A stretch of 20,000 nucleotides of DNA from IMG/VR virus record IMGVR_UViG_3300045119_000323. One strand, written 5' to 3'. The notes under the pieces are model-generated. The model was given only the letters and a program-made list of their open reading frames with translations. It did not search any database and was not told the DNA's origin. Shown here piece after piece: positions 14,582 to 20,000 of the stretch. Both the position numbers and the translations under genes were made by a program. Positions within the stretch are counted from its first letter, which is position 1. Each line of letters begins with the position of its first letter. This stretch comes from an uncultured virus (IMG/VR IMGVR_UViG_3300045119_000323) (lineage: Duplodnaviria; Heunggongvirae; Uroviricota; Caudoviricetes).

Positions 14582-16340
14582 GGCGCGACCTCGCGGATGA
14601 CGATGCTGCTGGCCGCGACGCCACCGAACAGGCCGTTGAAGCTCACTGACGCCGCCGCACTGGGACCGGCCCGCAGGCGAAACGTGATGGGGCTCGTCCC
14701 ACCGCTCGTCATCGTGTGGGTGAAGGTCAGGGCTTGGTATGTATTGGCGGTCGGGATGAAAGCCACCGAAGCAGCAAGGGCTGCGGCCACGGCATCGCGG
14801 AACAGCGCGGCAGAGACATCGTAGCCGCTGGTGTTGCACGACAGTATGGCGTTCACGGTGATGATCAGGTTCGACGTGGCGAGCTTGGGCGTGATCGCCA
14901 GCGTCATGAACTGCGTGCCCTCGCTGATCTGCGGAATGGTGTTGTCGTCGGGCATGATCGTGGTGCCGGTCGCCGGCGCGCCGGTCTCGACGCTCACCAT
15001 CTGGATTTGCGCGCCGGGGGCGATGACGGTGCCTACAGCAGTAAATCCGCCTGATATGGCAAGGTTGCCCGCGTCCGACATCGAGAACGGCACTGCGCTG
15101 TAGCCGCTGTTGATGATCTGGAAGTTGCCGCCGTTGACGCGAATGAATTTGGACGGGGTGGTCGCTCCGTCGCCCGTCAGCTTGATGGCGACGCCGTTTG
15201 CTCCCGGATTGCTGACGGCAAATGTATTCTGTGTTGAATTATTCTCGCTGAACGTCGCATTCGTGCCGGTGAGCGGTGCCGACACCTGCACAGCCGCAGT
15301 CGGGCCAATCGTTATCATTGGCGTCGTCTGCAAATTGAGAGCCATCGTGCCAGACGCACGATCAATGGTTATGGGGGTTCCTAGAACCGCACCGCCATCG
15401 GCTTGCGAATAGAAAAAGAAATTGCTGCCAGCATTTCCACCTGTCTCGGGATCAGCCGTGGCTCTTATTCCCCAGCGTGTGGTGCCCGCAGTCTGGAGCT
15501 TAAGTGTTCTATTCGTACCTGCTGCGCCGGAAGTATTTATATCTCCGTTGAACAGCGCCGACGTGCCGGTGAGCGGGCCGGTGAGCGTTCCCCCCGCGAG
15601 CGGCAGATACGATCCGGCCATCGTCGGCGTCGCGGGCACCCACTGCGAGGAATTGCCGTCGTTGTAGTAGACCATCAGCGTGCCCAGCACGCTGTTCCAC
15701 CACATCGCCCCGGCGGTCGGTGAACCCGGTGGCGTGTCGCTGATGGTGAGCGACGCACCGCCGCCGCCACCACCCATCACTGCCCACGTCGTCGCGCCGT
15801 CAGTGTTGACGTAGGGGCCGCCGCCATCGCTGCGCAGGTAGAGCGTGCCACGCGCTTGGCTGGCAGTAGGCACACCAGAACCGAAGGTGATGCCGAAGTT
15901 GCTGGTAGTGGACAGGTAGACGCCACCTGCTCCCACGCCGCCTGCGGGCACTGCCGTCGTGTTTCTTGCGAAAACATTGCCCGCAAAAAAACCACCGCCG
16001 CTGAACGTCGCCGTCGTGCCGGTGAGCGCGCCAGTCGATGAGATGCTGACCCCGAGTGTACCCGCGCTGTTACGAAAATTGTGCGTGTCGAAGTCGCTGT
16101 AGCGAGTTGGGATCGCTACTGCATTTTCAAGCAAATACTGCCCCGTGTAGTTCACGACGCGGTCAACCCGCCTCCCACCGGTGTCCTGCCGAAAGATCGT
16201 CGCCGCCGTCGCTCCCGTGCTGACGTTTTGAAAATAGAGAAATTCGTTGCTATTGACGTTGTCCTGCACATGGAGACGTGCAGCCGGTGCACCGCCAACA
16301 CCAACGTTGCTACTGAACGTCGCCGTCGTGCCGGTGAGCG
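13836..16340. repeat. Dispersed 27-bp direct repeat TGAACGTCGCCGTCGTGCCGGTGAGCG (encodes LTGTTATF on the - strand), 7 copies across both fibre genes
   Basis: Identical copies at 14056-14082, 14389-14415, 16002-16028 and 16314-16340; variants at 13836-13860, 15249-15275 (2 mismatches) and 15549-15575 (3 mismatches); partial copy at 14090-14101. Confidence 0.92.
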
Positions 16341-16839
16341 GTCCAGTCAGCGTACCGCCGACGAGAGGCAGGTACAGCCCGGCCGCCCCGGTGCCCGTCA
16401 GGTAACCCTGATCGTTGACCCACTTCGTGGTCGCCGCCAGCGTCGAGCTGTCGGCCGGCGGGATCGTGCCGCCGATGTTCAGCAGGTTGGCGACGTGAAG
16501 GTTGCCGGGGTGGTCGAACGACGCCAGCAGCGCACGCGACGACTCATCGCCGTTGGTGCCGACCAGAGAGATGTTGCCGGGGCCGGTCGAATAGAGCCCC
16601 GGTGTCTTGGAGTTGTCTGCCGTGAACTGCAGCGACGGGTTATAGAAATCACCGCCGGGCAGCTTGATGACGTCGAACGTGATCAGCGGGTTGAGCAGTA
16701 TCGCGTCGATCAGCGTCGGCCCGGTGTTGAACACCAGCGCACCGAATCCGGTCGTCGGATAGGGCGCACCCTTCTGGTCGCAAAGCTGCATCGGGGTGCC
16801 GCCCGACGAGACGATGGTGATCGGCTGGATCGGGATCAC
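14578..16839 (-). CDS. Tail fibre / receptor-binding protein 1, 753 aa
   Basis: GTG start overlapping the GH73 stop; YLPLxGGTLTGPL x2, VGVGGAPAARLHV, SDTPPGSPTAGAMWW motifs; C-terminal head paralogous to fibre 2. Confidence 0.9.
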   Translation of the reverse strand: MIPIQPITIVSSGGTPMQLCDQKGAPYPTTGFGALVFNTGPTLIDAILLNPLITFDVIKLPGGDFYNPSLQFTADNSKTPGLYSTGPGNISLVGTNGDESSRALLASFDHPGNLHVANLLNIGGTIPPADSSTLAATTKWVNDQGYLTGTGAAGLYLPLVGGTLTGPLTGTTATFSSNVGVGGAPAARLHVQDNVNSNEFLYFQNVSTGATAATIFRQDTGGRRVDRVVNYTGQYLLENAVAIPTRYSDFDTHNFRNSAGTLGVSISSTGALTGTTATFSGGGFFAGNVFARNTTAVPAGGVGAGGVYLSTTSNFGITFGSGVPTASQARGTLYLRSDGGGPYVNTDGATTWAVMGGGGGGASLTISDTPPGSPTAGAMWWNSVLGTLMVYYNDGNSSQWVPATPTMAGSYLPLAGGTLTGPLTGTSALFNGDINTSGAAGTNRTLKLQTAGTTRWGIRATADPETGGNAGSNFFFYSQADGGAVLGTPITIDRASGTMALNLQTTPMITIGPTAAVQVSAPLTGTNATFSENNSTQNTFAVSNPGANGVAIKLTGDGATTPSKFIRVNGGNFQIINSGYSAVPFSMSDAGNLAISGGFTAVGTVIAPGAQIQMVSVETGAPATGTTIMPDDNTIPQISEGTQFMTLAITPKLATSNLIITVNAILSCNTSGYDVSAALFRDAVAAALAASVAFIPTANTYQALTFTHTMTSGGTSPITFRLRAGPSAAASVSFNGLFGGVAASSIVIREVAP

Positions 16840-17900
16840 TTGTAATTCCTCGAATACGCCAGAAGGTCGCGGATCGCGCCGCCGCGTGCGCGTGTGTCGG
16901 GTTCAGGCTCCGGCGCGGGAGGCGGAGCATTGCCGGCGTTCAGTTGCGCCAGAACTTCCGGTGGCAACGACTCGATGGTCTTGACCAGCTTGGGAAGATA
17001 GCTGGTATCGGTCGCGTATCCCGACTTGCCGAGCGCGATGAGCTGCTCCGGATAGCTCTTGGCGGCGACGACTCCGGGGAACTTGCTCTTCAGCGTCTCG
17101 CCGTAGTGCTGGAAGCTCTCCTGCGGGGTCTGGTACGTCCTGAACTTGGCCTGCGTCGGTACCAGCTTGCCGTCGACCATCTCCTTGGTCGCCAAGGTCT
17201 GGCCGGGCTCGTTGGGCCCCGCCTTGACGCCGAAGTAGTTGTAGCCCGGTGCCGCCGTGCCCCACGCGCTCTCGTGCGCCGCCTGTGCGAGGACGATGCG
17301 CGGATCGATGCCGGTCTGCTTGCTGACCTCCAGCGCGTAGGGCACCGCCATCTTGAGGAAGGCCTGCCGCCGCACCGGGTCGGCGTTGGGGTTAGGCTCG
17401 CCCGTGTCGGGGCCCTGCGTCGGTGTCATCGCCGGCTTGGGTGTCGCGCCCGGTGCGCCCGGTGCCGGAGGAGTCGTCGGCGCGGTCGCCGCCTGCGCGC
17501 GCAGCTTCTCCACGGCGATGCGGGCGATGCGCTCGGCTTCGGTTTCCTTCTCCTTGTCCTTCGCCTTGTCGGCGACGTAGTCCTTGAACTTGAACATGTC
17601 CTCGTCGGCCGCGCTGCCCTTCAGGATCGGGGACGGCTGCAGGTCGAACCTGAGCGGCGAGACCGGTTGGCGTTGCGCGGCACCGCCGGACGAGTCGTCG
17701 GCTCCGAGGCCGGGCGCAATTCCCGACGTCGACTTGCCGACGTAATTCGGGTCGAGCGCGGCGGCCCGCAGCTTGGCCACCGGGTCGAGCATCTTGGCCC
17801 GCATGTCGCCCATGCCTTCGGGCACCGGCAGGGCTCCTGCCCCGGCCCCGGTCGCCTGCGCGAGGTAGGCCCGTACCAGCTCGGAGGGATCGTAGGCCAT
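16836..17900 (-). CDS. Virion-associated peptidoglycan hydrolase, GH73 glucosaminidase (FlgJ-like) domain with a low-complexity N-terminus
   Basis: LAQAAHESAWG (catalytic Glu), NYFGVKA, TKE, FRTY, GYATD motifs; lies between the ejection-like gene and the fibres. Confidence 0.9.
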   Translation of the reverse strand: MAYDPSELVRAYLAQATGAGAGALPVPEGMGDMRAKMLDPVAKLRAAALDPNYVGKSTSGIAPGLGADDSSGGAAQRQPVSPLRFDLQPSPILKGSAADEDMFKFKDYVADKAKDKEKETEAERIARIAVEKLRAQAATAPTTPPAPGAPGATPKPAMTPTQGPDTGEPNPNADPVRRQAFLKMAVPYALEVSKQTGIDPRIVLAQAAHESAWGTAAPGYNYFGVKAGPNEPGQTLATKEMVDGKLVPTQAKFRTYQTPQESFQHYGETLKSKFPGVVAAKSYPEQLIALGKSGYATDTSYLPKLVKTIESLPPEVLAQLNAGNAPPPAPEPEPDTRARGGAIRDLLAYSRNYK

Positions 17901-17903
17901 CGC

Positions 17904-20000
17904 TCACCCCACCGTGCGCAGGTAGCCGCCGGCCGCGCGCTGGTCAGGCGGCACGTTGGACAGCACGTTGGACAGCGCGCCGGCCTTGACCGGCCACGGC
18001 GTGTAGTTGACGGGCGGCCCGCGTGGCGCGGCGGGCAGCGGTGGATTGATCAGGGACTGCGCGCGCGCCGCCTCCTCGGCGTCGGCGGCCGACTGCATCC
18101 TGCGCCCCACCTTGGGGCCCAGCCACTCGTTGAACAGCCGGCCCGGCCCGTAGTGCGTGCCCATACCGCCCAGTGTCATGCCGCCGCCGATTCCTCCGGC
18201 CGTGCCCATGGGCCCCGCCCCGTGGCCGGCGATGCCGCCCGCGATGGAACCGAGCAGGCTGCCTATCGTATCGGTAACCGCCGCGACCCGGCTGCTGCCC
18301 TTTTTCTCGAAATCCTTGGTGCGCTGCCCCGTCAGCTCGACTTGACCGGAACGCGGCGGGTTGGTCGGCTTGGTGTAGTCCCCGACAGTGTTCAGCACCT
18401 CCTGATGACGCTCCAACCGGGCGATCTGCTCCGGCGTGAACAGCGACCGGTAGATGTCTCCCTGCGGTCCGTTGAGCGCCGCCTTGATGGCGTTGGCGGA
18501 AATCTTGGGTGACAGCGGATCGTAGGTCTTGCCCTCGAACAGGTTCTGCAGCGCGCCTTCCCTCATCGCCGCCATCGCGTCGGGGTCGTTGGCGAATATG
18601 GTCTTCAGGCGGGCAATGGCCGGCTCGGCTTCGCCGCTCTTGAAGGCCGAGCCGAATACCTTGTTGAACTGGGCAAGGCCGCTCTCGCCTTCGTTCTGCA
18701 TCACCTTGAGCGCGGCGTTGAGACTGGTCGCCTTGGCCCGGTCAGGCTCGAACGTTCTGACCCGGTCGCTGTGCATCTTGCGCGCGTCGTTGAGCAGGAC
18801 GTTGCCCTTGCCCATCGTCTCGTCGAATGCATCCAGCACCTGACGCATGGCGTAGAGATCGGTGCCGTTGGCGCGTGCCGACTCGCGCAAGCCATTGAGG
18901 TACTTGCGCATCAGATCGACCGACTGCCACGACGTCCCGGCTGCGCCACCGGGAGGCACGACCTCGCCCGGAATCGCCCCACTGGGGAGACGCCCGGTCT
19001 TGGCGAACTCCTCCAAGTCCTTCATCGCCCGTGCCGCGTTGGGCGCGGTCTCCGGCGTCGCGACAAATCCGTTGCCCAGCATCTTGCTATGCGCGTTGCT
19101 GGCCACGCTGCGCACGTCGTTTTCCGGAACGAATTCAGGAACCCCGGCCGCCTTCTGCGCCGCTGGATCGAAGGCCTTCTCGTAGGCCCCCTTGACCTTG
19201 TCCTTGGCGGCATCGCGGGCGATGTTGTAGCGCTCGGTCAGCGTTTCGCCTACCTGCTTGGGCGTCAGTTGGGTCGAGGTGCCGGTCAGCTCCTCGCGCA
19301 CCTTGGTGCCCGACGTCTCAAGGGCGGCACGGCGTTCCATGTCGGCATCGTTGATGAATTCCGCCGCGCGCTCGCCGTGAACGCCCTCGCGCATGTTGTC
19401 TTCCAGCTTGCGCTTGTTGAGGTCCTTGGTCGCCATGCTCTCGGTCGGCTTCGATCCGGTCTCGTCGAACAAAGTGTGCGTGTACTCCCGCTGCATCGCC
19501 TCCTTGTCCCAGCCGACTTCGTTGCCCTTGAGCCTGAGTCGTTCGATCATGTCGGGCGTCAGATGACTGGTCTTGATGCCGAGGTCGGTCAGCCGCTGCG
19601 TTGCCGCTGCCGCATCGGCCGCCTCGATGGCCTTGGGAATGATCCCGACCGCCTTGCCGGCGGTCGTGACCCCGGCCTCGATGGCGGCCTTGCTCCCCTT
19701 GAGCGCCGGGAGCGCCGTCGTCACGATGTCGGTGCCGGCGCTGATCGGCCGCTCGGCGAGAGTGCGCCCGAGGTTCTGAATGCCTTCCTTGGGCGTCCAT
19801 CCCCACGGCTTGTCCTTGCCGCCGAGGAAGTTGCCGTACTTGTCCTGCAGGTCGTCGGCGACCCCTACCCCCATCTGGAGACCGGGCTTGATGACGGCAT
19901 CCGCAAATGCCTTGGCGGTTTCCGGTGCGACCATGTTCAACGCGCTGTGGATCACCCCGCTGTACGGCAGTCCCGCCGCACTCAGCAGAGCCTTGCCGAT
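17904..20000 (-). CDS. Large helical internal virion / DNA ejection protein (5' end outside the window)
   Basis: Frame open to base 20000 (IGKALLSAAGLPYSGVIH...); Ala/Gly/charged helical content with a Gly-rich membrane-like segment (IGSLLGSIAGGIAGHGAG...) near the C-terminus; podovirus-like gene position. Confidence 0.65.
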   Translation of the reverse strand: MGKALLSAAGLPYSGVIHSALNMVAPETAKAFADAVIKPGLQMGVGVADDLQDKYGNFLGGKDKPWGWTPKEGIQNLGRTLAERPISAGTDIVTTALPALKGSKAAIEAGVTTAGKAVGIIPKAIEAADAAAATQRLTDLGIKTSHLTPDMIERLRLKGNEVGWDKEAMQREYTHTLFDETGSKPTESMATKDLNKRKLEDNMREGVHGERAAEFINDADMERRAALETSGTKVREELTGTSTQLTPKQVGETLTERYNIARDAAKDKVKGAYEKAFDPAAQKAAGVPEFVPENDVRSVASNAHSKMLGNGFVATPETAPNAARAMKDLEEFAKTGRLPSGAIPGEVVPPGGAAGTSWQSVDLMRKYLNGLRESARANGTDLYAMRQVLDAFDETMGKGNVLLNDARKMHSDRVRTFEPDRAKATSLNAALKVMQNEGESGLAQFNKVFGSAFKSGEAEPAIARLKTIFANDPDAMAAMREGALQNLFEGKTYDPLSPKISANAIKAALNGPQGDIYRSLFTPEQIARLERHQEVLNTVGDYTKPTNPPRSGQVELTGQRTKDFEKKGSSRVAAVTDTIGSLLGSIAGGIAGHGAGPMGTAGGIGGGMTLGGMGTHYGPGRLFNEWLGPKVGRRMQSAADAEEAARAQSLINPPLPAAPRGPPVNYTPWPVKAGALSNVLSNVPPDQRAAGGYLRTVG

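Larger units (their letters stand above)
1..20000. mobile_element. Tailed dsDNA bacteriophage or prophage segment (podovirus-like): replication/early module plus part of the virion module
   Basis: Densely packed genes with ATGA/TGATG/TAATG overlaps; phage-type PolA, SNF2, VRR-NUC, DUF6011, amidoligase, tail fibres, GH73 hydrolase and an ejection-like protein; no host housekeeping genes. Confidence 0.95.

Noticed and set aside
13836..16340. 27-bp repeats as a CRISPR array, DGR or invertible shufflon
   Set aside because: Spacers are 200-450 nt coding segments, all repeats are direct and in frame, and there is no cas gene, reverse transcriptase, adenine-specific TR/VR pair or invertase in the window
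17951..17976. 12-bp tandem duplication encoding LSNVLSNV
   Set aside because: Single short in-frame duplication in a low-complexity tail; no sign of function
16944..18512. 522-aa plus-strand ORF
   Set aside because: Antisense shadow of the GH73 and ejection genes; Arg/Gly/Leu-rich with no domain

Overview
The whole window reads as part of a high-GC tailed bacteriophage or prophage genome. It is podovirus-like, and the promoter style tentatively suggests an alphaproteobacterial host. No host housekeeping genes, RNA genes, CRISPR arrays, integrase or reverse transcriptase are visible. Left and middle (1-13.3 kb): replication and early genes in several divergent units. These encode an SSB-like protein ending DDSIPF, a HAD phosphatase, a translationally coupled amidoligase / gamma-glutamylcyclotransferase (GGCT) / family A DNA polymerase (Leu762 type) run, a DUF6011 protein, a SNF2 helicase, a HicA-like protein, wHTH and XRE regulators, a VRR-NUC nuclease, a degenerate DUF932-like protein and a second GGCT. 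Right (13.3-20 kb, minus strand): a putative ejection protein, a GH73 peptidoglycan hydrolase and two paralogous tail fibres. Four signals stand out. (1) The tail fibres are built from compositionally atypical in-frame cassettes joined at a 27-bp DNA repeat (7 copies, 4 identical). (2) The amidoligase carries an apparent winged-helix insertion and is accompanied by two different GGCTs. (3) An 11-bp motif, ATCCTG(T/A)CGAT, recurs at or near every predicted promoter. (4) There are two promoter classes, one with hairpin leaders and one leaderless. All family calls come from motif recognition by eye; no searches were run.
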